From: an uncultured virus (IMG/VR IMGVR_UViG_2061766007_000711)
Lineage: Duplodnaviria > Heunggongvirae > Uroviricota > Caudoviricetes
Direction: 5' to 3' (one strand)
Virus record (IMG/VR): IMGVR_UViG_2061766007_000711
Length of the DNA: 64,000 nt
Shown: in pieces, positions 22,817 through 33,509 of the stretch
Layout: every line of letters starts with the position of its first letter
Position numbering within the stretch: position 1 is the first letter of the stretch
Notes under the pieces: model-generated
Told to the model about the DNA's origin: nothing
Databases searched by the model: none
What the model saw: only the letters and a program-made list of their open reading frames with translations
Position numbers and translations under genes: made by a program

Positions 22817-25800
22817 ATGAACCAGATTACACTCACTGAGCAAGGCAAAGAAATACTCACCGCGACCAATATCGACGGTGTGTCACAGTACTGGGTAGGA
22901 TACTTTGGACTGGCATATGTGCCGATAACCAATACCGCGAATCCCGAACTGGACCCGAGTGATGCCAACTACGACCCGGGACTGAAGAGCCTCTCGACCC
23001 TTATCGGTCCAAACGAGAAGGGCGACTATATCTACAACATATGGCAGGGAGACCTCACTGGCACTGGATATGCGTCGGAAGACAACGAATTTACCAAGGT
23101 TACCCTGTATGACTCCAACCTGTCATCCAACTTCAGGTACCATTACAATGAGTCTACTGGCCAGAATAACCTGATTGCATGGGTTACCGATGCCGATACG
23201 TCAAGCGCAGTTTCCGGGTTGACAGTGGAGTCGTACAGCCGTGTCGGGTACAAGGTGTATGAGGGATGCGGAGTATCCGGGAGGAACTCGGTTAGCGACA
23301 CGAATACTCCGGAATATACCGATTCCAACATACCGGTTCCCGCGCCACTGGTGTATCTGGGTGGAGAACTGAACTACAGCCATGGCGACCTGAACATAAT
23401 GGGGCACGAACTTGGTGCAGACTGGCCGCTGACCAGTGGTGGATATCCCAAGGTCACTCCAGACATGCGGTGCTATTCCGGCAAGAGTTCGACTGAGTCA
23501 CTTACAGGCGATGACGTTCTTAGTTCGGCTGCTGCCCTGAGCCGGGCGGGGTCTGACCGACTGATTGATGACTATAGCTGCTTTGTAAGCCTATCCAACT
23601 TTAACAAGGCGCATGCCCAGGTTTCTTCGGAAGGATATGAGACCGACTACCAGGAATCATGCCATAACATGAGCAGGGTCACCAAGCTGTTCCCCATCGC
23701 CAAGTACGAGATAGCCAGTGCCGATGCGGAAACCAAGGAAACGAGGACGGGTAACGCCAATACGATTAAGTATACACTGGAGTTGGATTTTGCCGGAGTT
23801 AACCAGGAATACCGGGATGTACTTACATTCTCGGACAAGACCCCATCCGAAGACCCCTTGTTTGGTGAGAATCCGAAAAACTCGTTCAAGTTTAACCGTA
23901 TCGGTATCTATGCCGCCCCTGTTACCGTCAGGAAGTTCAGGAAGGAGGGTTCCCCGGAGTGTAATAGTTGCCAGGTGGAGGTTGAACCGGACGAGAATCC
24001 AGTGCTTGTTGCAATCATCTCAATAGATGATGTCATCCTGTCCGAGTCCGACGGTGTGGGATTTACATCCTGGAAGCAGGATTTCATTCTGAATTTGGAA
24101 CACGTTGAGCCAGACGTTACTACCGCTATGGTCCGTGATGTAGAGATTTTCTACAACATCACCGAGAACGAGGCAATCACGTGGTACCAGAACCAGTTGC
24201 TTGCGTCGGCGGGCCTGTCCGAGGCGGTTACAAACCTTGGTATAGACGTGGCATATTTGAAAAATATTGCTGGTATGAGTTCATCGGATTGTATTGCTGC
24301 ATTGCAGACTGATGAAACCGATAAGTATGCTGATAAAGACCACACTCATGATTGCATTAAGAACCTAGTTGATGCGAATCAGGATGCTGCCGTCAGGGGA
24401 ATTAACTCAAGTACGGCAACTAATTATGGCAGGTGTTCATTAACGATGGGTGAGGATAGCATAACGACTGGTATCTATTCATTATCTATTGGGCCTTACC
24501 TTAATACTGCGGGAGCACATAATTTAACTCTTGGCGAGTCTGCATCAACGCCCGGAAACTATTCCATCAATATAGGGCAGAATTCCATTAACTCAGGTAA
24601 TTTTTCGATTAACCTTGGAGAAGGTGCATCTAACACCCAATATTATGCAATTAACTTGTCTAACGGAAGCAACACTGGTTTTGCTAGCATAAACATGGGG
24701 TTGGGGTATTTAAATTCCCCGGTCGAAGGTAATCCATCGGCATGTTCTATTCTTCTTAGTCCTGGCATTACAGTAAGCTATGCATCGAGCTCGCTTATAC
24801 TGTCTGCATCGCCTAGTGGCATTATCGAATCAGTAAGCAATAGTATTCTTGTTGGGTCAATCCAAGGTTCTGATGATACAGAACTAAAGAATGCTGTTAT
24901 AATAGGCGAGGATTGTTCCGCTAAGACAAGTATCACCAATACTTTGATAATTGGGGACGATGAAACCCCTGGTGAAGATTTTACTCTGAATAATGTGTTT
25001 GCTATAGGTAACAGTACGTTCAGCGAATCTTCTGATTATGATACGGTTCCGGTTAGCATCGAGCGAGTATCGGTTTTTGGATATGAAACACCATACCTGT
25101 TCGGGGCATTATTATCAAATTCTTTGTTTGGAACTGATAGTTATAGTGATGCACACATTTTCATGCCATCTGGCTATAGTAATCCGGCATGGTTTGGCAT
25201 ATTCCCTACTCCGCTTCAGCAAAATGTATATGCAACGGCCGAGGTTCGTGATATTCCACAAACCCAATATATTCCTATCACCGTGGAAAAATTTAACGGG
25301 GAAAATGATACCTATCAGACCACGGATTCATATGATATGTGGGCAAGGGGCAAGACTGTAGAGCAGGTGCATGAGATGATTAATAAGCCTCCTCTTCCAA
25401 TGATATATACGGGAGGTATCGCTCTTGCAGGTAAACCAATACCGCCAGAAACAAGTCAGGATAGATATTCATGCGATGATTTTGCTGCTAGGATAAAGCT
25501 GGGTGGAGGAGTATTACCATCATCCTATATTGCGATTCATCCAATTGATAATTGGACTTCTAGCAACATGATTTATCCGGTTCCTATTACTGGAATCACT
25601 TCGTGCCCGTATGGCGGTATGCTGATGGGTATCGCAGGAACACAGGACCTTGATGGCACTATGCATATTGGACTATACAAATATCCAATACCTAGCCATT
25701 CGGCCCTCGATGAGGGCAAGGTTCTTACAGTTGGCCCGAGTAATCAAATCATGTGGATGAATGGGACTGGACTTACTAGTTCATTTGAGAAGACAGCAAT

Positions 25801-26299
25801 TGTTTTTGATGACATCGCACCGACGTGTTCAATAAGTCCATATGCAGGAAAGCGATATTATACGAGTGCCTATATAGCAAATGACATGTATCTTGACTCG
25901 GCAAGTAATACCATGAACATTGGTGAGGAATTCATTTTCCTTCTGCGAGAAAATGAGGCACTTAATTATAAAACCTTTGGATATACCAGTGAAAGCTTTG
26001 CCGATAGTCCTACTCTGAGTTCAACTGCTGTTATTGGTCCCGGTGCATGGCTATTCAGAAAATGTGCCTATATTACGTCTCATCCTGGGTCCCCTGACTA
26101 TGGATTCATTGCATTGCAATTAGATTGTAACTATAATAAGGTTAACGTAACCAGTAGGCTGGCAGAGCTAGAAAACAGGGTAACCCAAATAGTTGGGCAA
26201 ATGCAGGAATTTGATAATTCTATTGGTCCGGACTATCCATGGTCAACTACGCCATCCCTGAATGACCGGGTGACTACATTAGAAAACCAGAATCAGTAG
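22817..26299 (+). CDS. Tail fibre-like protein with YadA-head-like repeats and C-terminal coiled coil
   Basis: MNQITLTEQG start; SLTMG/SLSIG/SINIG/SINLG 14-residue repeats; RLAELENRV and RVTTLEN. Confidence 0.6.
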   Translation: MNQITLTEQGKEILTATNIDGVSQYWVGYFGLAYVPITNTANPELDPSDANYDPGLKSLSTLIGPNEKGDYIYNIWQGDLTGTGYASEDNEFTKVTLYDSNLSSNFRYHYNESTGQNNLIAWVTDADTSSAVSGLTVESYSRVGYKVYEGCGVSGRNSVSDTNTPEYTDSNIPVPAPLVYLGGELNYSHGDLNIMGHELGADWPLTSGGYPKVTPDMRCYSGKSSTESLTGDDVLSSAAALSRAGSDRLIDDYSCFVSLSNFNKAHAQVSSEGYETDYQESCHNMSRVTKLFPIAKYEIASADAETKETRTGNANTIKYTLELDFAGVNQEYRDVLTFSDKTPSEDPLFGENPKNSFKFNRIGIYAAPVTVRKFRKEGSPECNSCQVEVEPDENPVLVAIISIDDVILSESDGVGFTSWKQDFILNLEHVEPDVTTAMVRDVEIFYNITENEAITWYQNQLLASAGLSEAVTNLGIDVAYLKNIAGMSSSDCIAALQTDETDKYADKDHTHDCIKNLVDANQDAAVRGINSSTATNYGRCSLTMGEDSITTGIYSLSIGPYLNTAGAHNLTLGESASTPGNYSINIGQNSINSGNFSINLGEGASNTQYYAINLSNGSNTGFASINMGLGYLNSPVEGNPSACSILLSPGITVSYASSSLILSASPSGIIESVSNSILVGSIQGSDDTELKNAVIIGEDCSAKTSITNTLIIGDDETPGEDFTLNNVFAIGNSTFSESSDYDTVPVSIERVSVFGYETPYLFGALLSNSLFGTDSYSDAHIFMPSGYSNPAWFGIFPTPLQQNVYATAEVRDIPQTQYIPITVEKFNGENDTYQTTDSYDMWARGKTVEQVHEMINKPPLPMIYTGGIALAGKPIPPETSQDRYSCDDFAARIKLGGGVLPSSYIAIHPIDNWTSSNMIYPVPITGITSCPYGGMLMGIAGTQDLDGTMHIGLYKYPIPSHSALDEGKVLTVGPSNQIMWMNGTGLTSSFEKTAIVFDDIAPTCSISPYAGKRYYTSAYIANDMYLDSASNTMNIGEEFIFLLRENEALNYKTFGYTSESFADSPTLSSTAVIGPGAWLFRKCAYITSHPGSPDYGFIALQLDCNYNKVNVTSRLAELENRVTQIVGQMQEFDNSIGPDYPWSTTPSLNDRVTTLENQNQ

Positions 26300-26373
26300 C
26301 ATTAAATCACAATAATTTTCTGAAATGATATAGTTTCCTCTCCTGGAAAACCTTCCAAGAGAGGAATTTTACT

Positions 26374-26871
26374 ATGAAGATGACTGTAAAGCACCAGTAC
26401 CTTATCGACCTGGCCAACATTCTTTCCCGACCGGACATCGTGTTCGAAGGTCCGGTAACCGGTTCACTCGGATACAAGATTTCCATGAACCAGAAGACAG
26501 CCAAGACCTTCCTTGATGGGTTCCTCCAGGCATTCCCGTCAGACCCAAAGTGGGAACAGTACGTCCAGCTTCACAATGCCCTCTTCGGCGAAGCTAACGT
26601 CAAGACTGAGGCTGACTTGGCAAATCTTCCTGAAAATGACCGGGTAGAACTTCTCAAGAAGTCTGCCGACCTGGACGAGGAGTACAAGGAGGCTCGAGAA
26701 AAGGAACGTGATACGGAAGTTGAACGCCGTAAGCTCCTTGACGAGAAGGTGGAGGTCGACCTCTACACTATCTCGCCTAACGAGATTACCCTGAAGGACC
26801 CGGACGGCTGGCGCCTGTGGACCATCCTGTTCAATGATGGCGAAGGAATCATCCGCGAACCGGAGGCATAA
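26374..26871 (+). CDS. Hypothetical protein
   Basis: Clean ORF with GAGG SD. Confidence 0.65.
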   Translation: MKMTVKHQYLIDLANILSRPDIVFEGPVTGSLGYKISMNQKTAKTFLDGFLQAFPSDPKWEQYVQLHNALFGEANVKTEADLANLPENDRVELLKKSADLDEEYKEAREKERDTEVERRKLLDEKVEVDLYTISPNEITLKDPDGWRLWTILFNDGEGIIREPEA

Positions 26872-26875
26872 GTAG

Positions 26876-28018
26876 ATGGTTACTCTGAGTGCATGTCTTG
26901 TCGTTAGGAACGGCAAGGGAAGCATACTCAGGTGCCTCGACGCGCTGCTGCCGATGGCAAACGAGTATGTTATTGTGGATACCGGCTCTACTGACGGTAC
27001 TCTCGAACTCATTGCCGACTGGCAGAAGCGCCATCCGAAACAAAGGGTAGTGCTGGACCTGGTAGGTTCCAAGTTCCATGATGCCGACGGGGTATTTGAC
27101 TTCGGTGCGGCTAAGGACTATGCCATATCCAAGGCTACCTGCCAGTATGTGATGTGGGTGGATGTAAACGATATTTTACAAGATGGAAAGCGTGCTCGTG
27201 CCCTGTTCCAGAGTATCGTATCCAAGTACCCGACCGCGGGTATCAGTATGCTCACGAAGGTAACGCCCACGCATACGTTTCCAAGGCTGAGGATTCTCCC
27301 GAGGGCGACCGCCAAGTTCAAGGGAATCATCCACGAGATGGTAGTTAATACCGACCGGGATGCCCCGACCATCCATACCAAGCTAGTATTCGAGAACTAC
27401 AAGTCCAGCAGGGACATAGTGCGGAACATTGCCGGTTTGGACAAGTCCTGGCGGCAGGAGCGCACCCAGCGGACTGCCTTCTACTATGGCAATTCCTACT
27501 ACGACTTGCATGACTATGCCCATGCGTACGAGTGGTACAGCGTGGCTGCGGACGAGTTCCCCGATGAGCACAACGAGGACCGGCTGAAGTCGCTGGAACA
27601 GATTTGCGCCCTCATCGTCGCCACCAGGACCGACCTGGAGGAACTGGGATACCGTTCTCTGCAGCTGATAGAGGAGTTCCCTACCCGCGGGGAAGGATAC
27701 TACTACCGTGCCAGGTACAAATATGAGATTGGGGACCTCTCGTATGCCATGAAGTCCCTGGAGAAGCTGATGACGCTAAAGGCACCGAAGCAGCACAATC
27801 TCTGGCTGAACCCGAAGATATATGACAAGGATGAAATCCGGTCAATCATCTTCATGGTCAAGGAGGAGCTGCAGCGGAATGCGTCTAGTCAGCTAATGGA
27901 CATCGACCCTCTACAGCCGGATGCAATCGACAGTGCATACGGATATGGCGGGTATGACGGGATGCCGGCTCAGCTCAATTTCGGCAATACTGCCCCAGGA
28001 TACAACGCATTTATTTAA
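26876..28018 (+). CDS. Glycosyltransferase family 2 with TPR repeats
   Basis: LSACLVVRN, IVDTGSTDGT, DFGAAKD, WVDVND; TPR-like helical C-terminus. Confidence 0.9.
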   Translation: MVTLSACLVVRNGKGSILRCLDALLPMANEYVIVDTGSTDGTLELIADWQKRHPKQRVVLDLVGSKFHDADGVFDFGAAKDYAISKATCQYVMWVDVNDILQDGKRARALFQSIVSKYPTAGISMLTKVTPTHTFPRLRILPRATAKFKGIIHEMVVNTDRDAPTIHTKLVFENYKSSRDIVRNIAGLDKSWRQERTQRTAFYYGNSYYDLHDYAHAYEWYSVAADEFPDEHNEDRLKSLEQICALIVATRTDLEELGYRSLQLIEEFPTRGEGYYYRARYKYEIGDLSYAMKSLEKLMTLKAPKQHNLWLNPKIYDKDEIRSIIFMVKEELQRNASSQLMDIDPLQPDAIDSAYGYGGYDGMPAQLNFGNTAPGYNAFI

Positions 28019-28021
28019 CCG

Positions 28022-28043
28022 AGGGGGTGTCTGACCCCCTTTT
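28022..28043 (+). terminator. Intrinsic terminator
   Basis: AGGGGGT-GTCTG-ACCCCCT-TTT. Confidence 0.65.
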
Positions 28044-28098
28044 CGTTTTGACCCAGGAAAGATAAACTACTGGAAAATTACGGCCCAAGGTATTTCGC

Positions 28099-31000
28099 AT
28101 GAACACCCTTTACGACTTGGTAAAACGTATTGACGCCTTGACTGCCAACTCGCAGCAGGTACTTAACGCCCTTATCCGCTCCTGCATAGCAACGGGCTCG
28201 TCTTCCGGATATACTGTCAGGAAGTTCGGCAAGGACCTTACACTAGATAGGGCTGGTATTTACAAGCTGTATGACTTCTACAATAGTTGGGAAAATGCAC
28301 AATTTCCGTCGGATAATAGGTTCGATGCCTTACTTGACAAGGCCAATACCAGGTGGCATAAGGGGAAGGATGACCAGAGCACACCGGTTACGGAAGTTGT
28401 GGCGACTCACGCTAAGATTCTGTACATGACTGAAGCCAATCAGAACGAGAGCGATGACACGTACTGGACGAATAAGATTAAGGAGTCGGCTTCCGGTAAG
28501 TCTGTTGTATCAACGGCTCCAATCCCCATAAACCTACGTACTCCGCTGTATGATGAGAATCTCTCGGTCAAGTCGTTTAACCAGTACGAGACTTATCTGT
28601 TCCCCATGGGGTATCGGAGGACCGAGATACTCGGTACTCCTGGAAATGGGGAGGACTATGTGGCTGGAGGTAATTCATGGGAAATTGGTGTGACTGATTT
28701 CTTACGACTAACATCCGACCGGCATATTACACTTGGCCAGATTCCAACGAATGATATCATACTTGATAATTATGGAAATTCTAGAGGTACTCTGAGCTGG
28801 GGTTACCATTCATACGCATTCGGCAATAATTCTATGGCGGCTGGTACAAATGCCATTGCTCTTGCCGTGGGTTCATTTTCGATAGGAAATAAAACCGTAT
28901 CGTACGGAGATTATTCGTTCGCATGTGGCATGGGTGCATATAGTACAGGTAGGTCATCAATTGCATTAAGCACCGGGACACATTCTGGTGGATACGATTC
29001 ACTTGCGGCAAATTACCACTCAGTTACCGGGTGTTATCCGTATGGCTTTACTGTTAAGACGAGTATTATTAATACATCCGATTTGCAAACTACGTGCGGA
29101 GGCGTAGTATTAACGTCTGACGAATGCCATGTAGATACTATTACTACCCCGGCTACTTCAATTGTAAAGAATGTGAAGACTTTGCTCATCCGTATTCCCA
29201 AATCTCACGCAGATATAATTCCGTTTGACATTAGGGTAAGTGACAAGGTCCGTATATACGGAATGATCGGTGATGCTTCCGGCGTGATAAAGTACCCTGG
29301 AGATGATGGCGCGTATAATCATTACGCCATGTACACTACAGTTACTGCAGTTAGCGATAATATTAATGACTCATATATTGAATATGAGATACAAATACGT
29401 GATGCTTTGCCACAAAGTAAGTGGATGACTTCCTATAGCGGGTATATACAGGTTATTGGAAGGGGCACCTATGAATCATATGGTGAGAACTCGGTCGCAT
29501 TAAATGAAAGTACCTGGGCCATTGGTAGGTCACAAACGGTAGTCGGTACAAGTAATGTGCCCGATGAACATGCTAGGTTCGTGGTAGGTACTGGTAGTAT
29601 GAATCCGATGGCAGCGTCCATTGACACTGAGGTTGGTAGTGAAAGGCATAGGGCAAACGGTCTTGCTATTGCGCCAAAATATGGGTATATGAAACTGTAC
29701 GATGGTACGTGCGGGTTCTCCGTATCGAATAGTAACGATATAATCGATAATTACCAGTTACTGCCTGGTGCGGTCATGCGTTATGGTAAAGCCGATGCAT
29801 TGCATAATCGCGCGGAATCTACGGAGACACATAGTCTATTGATGAGTGTATCAGATAGTGTTCCAACTGCAATGATAGGCACGGCCAATCAAGCTGATAC
29901 GTTATTCTGCGAATATAACGGAATGACTGCGTTAAAACCGTCGAGCAACGTGAGTGCATTGGTACGTAGTAATTCTGGGATGGCTATAATTGCAAGTGGA
30001 TATAGTGCTAAAGACCTGGGTCAGACAATTTATTCAGATTGGTTTAGTCCAGCCTTGCCTCAGCCTGACAACTATAGGTTTGGTGACCAAAATGATGTTG
30101 GTATATATGCAACTGGAGTAATTTCTCTACAAACGCCATACACTGATTCTCTAAGTAATATACAGGTCAGCACCGGAGGAACTCTGTTTCTTAACTTTAA
30201 CGAGCTGAAATTACAGGGTTCTACCTTTGGAACGTTGGCGGCGACCAGTGAGGCCAGGTCATTTCTTATAGATAGTGAAGAGGTAACTTCACCATACTGG
30301 GGAGAAACAGTTCAACATAGCGGGTTCTATTTTGGCGAACTTCATCGTAGTGGAAAGGTATATAGAAGAAATGGTATCAACGTGGTTGGATATAACAATA
30401 TGGAATCCGACCAAAAGGTTCATCTAATATGTAGCACGTTGAAAAATCCCATAAATAGGGAGCTCGTCTCTCGGGGGACTGACAATACTTTTAACACGGT
30501 TGCTTTGGTGTTACAATCTGGTATTGTTGGTACATCTCCGTTTACAGAAGAATCAAGTGCCAAGCTATGGAATCCTAGGGTAACTTCGGTCAGATACCGT
30601 AATCAATGGGACCCTAACCCGGATGTTATGTATTCTCATGAGATTGCGCTTATGGATAACCTGTATCAGATGTGCCCTATGTCATATGGTCATGCTGCAG
30701 CATATGGATATGATTATGGTAGTGATGCATATGATGCTTTGGACAATAACAGACGCAATTTAGTGCCGGTGGCAACAGCGATGCTGTCTTCATCAATGGA
30801 TTGCAAAATCCCGGTGAACTACATAGGGACTGACAATAAGAAAAAATATTATTACCATGACTGGAACCGGGATGGAAGTGACAAAGGAAGTGGCCCGGTA
30901 TTACGTTTTAATGATGTGTATAATGATTGCGCCGCAAGTTTTAATATTTATAGTAAAAATGATAGGCCATCGGGCATAGAAGCCAATTTAATGCTTATGG

Positions 31001-31572
31001 TGAGGGATTTCACATATTCCATTGTTGGTCGTCGGTTGACTATTTCATTTTATTTTTATAATAATGCGTATGGGGTTGGTGGATATGTCATACCAGTCTA
31101 TTTGGGTTGTGCAGTTGATGAGCAGGATGGCGTAACTAATCCAGAGTTATATAATACCGACTGGTCTATACCACAGGCTACTGGACTAAATGGGTATTGG
31201 ACCGTAGCGCATTTATATAATGAAAAACGGAAGCGAGATGAGAATAACAGGATTCATTTGGATGAAGAATTTATCTCATATGGACGCTCATCTTTAGCTA
31301 GAGGTACCGCTTTTGGTAATGGCCTGGTAATATGTGAATTTCGCACTAGCCTCACAGATGATGGTGATGTGACCAGTCTACCTTCATATACATGGTGTCA
31401 TGTCGTATTAGAAGGTATTGCTCCATTTATACCAAAGCCTGAATCATGCGGCATGACCATGAATACAAAATGGCACGATGCCATGGGCACACATTATTGT
31501 ACCGGCAATAATGCATTTAATCTACCCGAGCTATATGATTTGATGCCGAAGTGGTCATCAATTCTGTCATAA
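28099..31572 (+). CDS. Tail fibre / receptor-binding-like protein with YadA-head repeats
   Basis: AFGNNSMAAG, SFSIG, SYGDYSFACG, SQTVVG..N repeats; ATAAACT upstream. Confidence 0.6.
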   Translation: MNTLYDLVKRIDALTANSQQVLNALIRSCIATGSSSGYTVRKFGKDLTLDRAGIYKLYDFYNSWENAQFPSDNRFDALLDKANTRWHKGKDDQSTPVTEVVATHAKILYMTEANQNESDDTYWTNKIKESASGKSVVSTAPIPINLRTPLYDENLSVKSFNQYETYLFPMGYRRTEILGTPGNGEDYVAGGNSWEIGVTDFLRLTSDRHITLGQIPTNDIILDNYGNSRGTLSWGYHSYAFGNNSMAAGTNAIALAVGSFSIGNKTVSYGDYSFACGMGAYSTGRSSIALSTGTHSGGYDSLAANYHSVTGCYPYGFTVKTSIINTSDLQTTCGGVVLTSDECHVDTITTPATSIVKNVKTLLIRIPKSHADIIPFDIRVSDKVRIYGMIGDASGVIKYPGDDGAYNHYAMYTTVTAVSDNINDSYIEYEIQIRDALPQSKWMTSYSGYIQVIGRGTYESYGENSVALNESTWAIGRSQTVVGTSNVPDEHARFVVGTGSMNPMAASIDTEVGSERHRANGLAIAPKYGYMKLYDGTCGFSVSNSNDIIDNYQLLPGAVMRYGKADALHNRAESTETHSLLMSVSDSVPTAMIGTANQADTLFCEYNGMTALKPSSNVSALVRSNSGMAIIASGYSAKDLGQTIYSDWFSPALPQPDNYRFGDQNDVGIYATGVISLQTPYTDSLSNIQVSTGGTLFLNFNELKLQGSTFGTLAATSEARSFLIDSEEVTSPYWGETVQHSGFYFGELHRSGKVYRRNGINVVGYNNMESDQKVHLICSTLKNPINRELVSRGTDNTFNTVALVLQSGIVGTSPFTEESSAKLWNPRVTSVRYRNQWDPNPDVMYSHEIALMDNLYQMCPMSYGHAAAYGYDYGSDAYDALDNNRRNLVPVATAMLSSSMDCKIPVNYIGTDNKKKYYYHDWNRDGSDKGSGPVLRFNDVYNDCAASFNIYSKNDRPSGIEANLMLMVRDFTYSIVGRRLTISFYFYNNAYGVGGYVIPVYLGCAVDEQDGVTNPELYNTDWSIPQATGLNGYWTVAHLYNEKRKRDENNRIHLDEEFISYGRSSLARGTAFGNGLVICEFRTSLTDDGDVTSLPSYTWCHVVLEGIAPFIPKPESCGMTMNTKWHDAMGTHYCTGNNAFNLPELYDLMPKWSSILS

Positions 31573-31596
31573 TAGTAGTATAACTTGGAGAATACT

Positions 31597-33411
31597 ATGA
31601 GTACCCCTGTAAATATACGAGACATCAATCCACTGGAGCATATAACTTCGGACCTATCGAAGGCGATGCACAATTACGCAGCTATCCTTAACGGATTAGT
31701 GACTTGGAATGCTAGTGATGCAAATGTAGTGACGGTAAGGTTGGCTACCGATAACCTTCCTGGTTTTGTTGATTACACATTTCCTACAAGGAAATCGTTT
31801 GCGGGCAAGTCTGATATTTTTGCGTCATATGCTAGTACGAATAAAGGATGTTTTGCTGTAGACACTAGGCTCAACCTCCCGGTAGCACGTGGGGGGGATG
31901 CCAGGTATGCTGACTCGGTTACTTTGCGCCTTACGGCAAGTGATGCAATTGATTATTCATGGGAGCTCTATGAGGACGTTGATATTCACGAGGAGTCAGA
32001 TGTTTACCATGCATCGATGTCGTATCTACCGGGGTCATATGTTATTAGCGATGGAACTGTCCGTATAGTAAATATAAATAAGGCCGCGGGTGATACGCTA
32101 GATGATATGCCGACGCAGTATCAGTACTGGGTATCCTATAAGTATTTTGAGCGTGGAACGCTTACTATAGTAGACGATGTGGTTTATCTGCTAGTTGGCT
32201 ATAATGGATTATATAGGCCAGGTGAGGAGGAATCTCATGATGTTCCGATTAACTGGATTCCCATAGGCTCTGTATTAGATTCTAATAGGGTTGGTATGAT
32301 GGTGGAGACTGGCAAGGCATATTTGTATTGGCGTGATAGCATTACATGTGCGCTATACATTTATTGTGGAAAGACTACAGAACTTACTGCTGACGGTCCA
32401 TTCCCGTCCAGTACGTCGCATGATGTGGACCCGGTGGACAATCCATGGTACGGTCCGGTAGCATTGCTTCCTGTGTGCAAGGTGACACATTCCACGGTAA
32501 TCCGCCATACTCCTACTACTGACCTTAGGGGATTTATGCTTCGTAGTCTGCAAACCGGAATGGGAGAAAGCAATGTATACGTAATGGCCAATCTGGCATT
32601 GCGGGGTCACTCCACGGAACCTCACAAGGGGTTGAAGATATTCAACACCGCTAACTATGTGCAGTGGCCGAAAGATACGGCACAGGTGTGGCGTAGCGGC
32701 CAGACGTATACTTACGGGGGCGACAGCTATGTGGCAAAGATGGTGTTCAATCATGCGGATGGCAGCATAAAGTCGACCAACATCATCAACTATGACGGGC
32801 CCGACCTTGACAAGGGCCTGTGCATCTACCTCCCGGTACTGGACAGTGCAGCCGACGGTATCGGCAACCCGGTGGAGAGCAAGCCGAAGGACGGTGCGAC
32901 CATAGAGTTCATGTTCAGGATATGGCCAAATACCGCGCTGAACGGCCGGGATACGGCTGACCTGATTGTGAACAAGGCCCAGATTTACGTATATACGGCA
33001 CCCAGTGCGGACGACCTAAGCGGAGCGAAGATAATCGCCAAGTTCAGCATGGCCAGGGTTACCAACTTCTACATCTGGGCCGAAAACGTGGCTATACCCA
33101 ACAGGCCGGTGTTCTACAAGGCGAAGTTCATCTTCTCTGAGGCATACAACGAGTGGAAGACCTACGACTACTACCAGATTCCTGACCACGTGTTTCTTGC
33201 TCCGAAGGGATTCGTTGACCCGTCGCTTAGACTCTATGCTGACGACGGTTTCTATCCTGGGCTGGAGACTGCCGGGTTCCCCCTGATGCAGGACCCGTTC
33301 GGTGGCCTGGACCTCAGCAGAATCCGGCTGAACCGTATCGAGGAGGATGAACCGGTCGTTCCGGAACCTACTGAAGAATCATCCGAGGAGGAAACCGAGC
33401 CCGGCGAATAG
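31597..33411 (+). CDS. Putative virion structural protein
   Basis: Long ORF in structural cluster, GGAG SD. Confidence 0.6.
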   Translation: MSTPVNIRDINPLEHITSDLSKAMHNYAAILNGLVTWNASDANVVTVRLATDNLPGFVDYTFPTRKSFAGKSDIFASYASTNKGCFAVDTRLNLPVARGGDARYADSVTLRLTASDAIDYSWELYEDVDIHEESDVYHASMSYLPGSYVISDGTVRIVNINKAAGDTLDDMPTQYQYWVSYKYFERGTLTIVDDVVYLLVGYNGLYRPGEEESHDVPINWIPIGSVLDSNRVGMMVETGKAYLYWRDSITCALYIYCGKTTELTADGPFPSSTSHDVDPVDNPWYGPVALLPVCKVTHSTVIRHTPTTDLRGFMLRSLQTGMGESNVYVMANLALRGHSTEPHKGLKIFNTANYVQWPKDTAQVWRSGQTYTYGGDSYVAKMVFNHADGSIKSTNIINYDGPDLDKGLCIYLPVLDSAADGIGNPVESKPKDGATIEFMFRIWPNTALNGRDTADLIVNKAQIYVYTAPSADDLSGAKIIAKFSMARVTNFYIWAENVAIPNRPVFYKAKFIFSEAYNEWKTYDYYQIPDHVFLAPKGFVDPSLRLYADDGFYPGLETAGFPLMQDPFGGLDLSRIRLNRIEEDEPVVPEPTEESSEEETEPGE

Positions 33412-33432
33412 ACCGTGGTAAGGAATAGTTTT

Positions 33433-33458
33433 ACGGGTGGAACAGTCCACCCGTTTTT
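33433..33458 (+). terminator. Intrinsic terminator
   Basis: ACGGGTGG-AACAGT-CCACCCGT-TTTT. Confidence 0.75.
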
Positions 33459-33509
33459 ATTTGCGGTATAAATAGATAAACTACGGAAAACGAGGAAACC
33501 GTCAGCACT

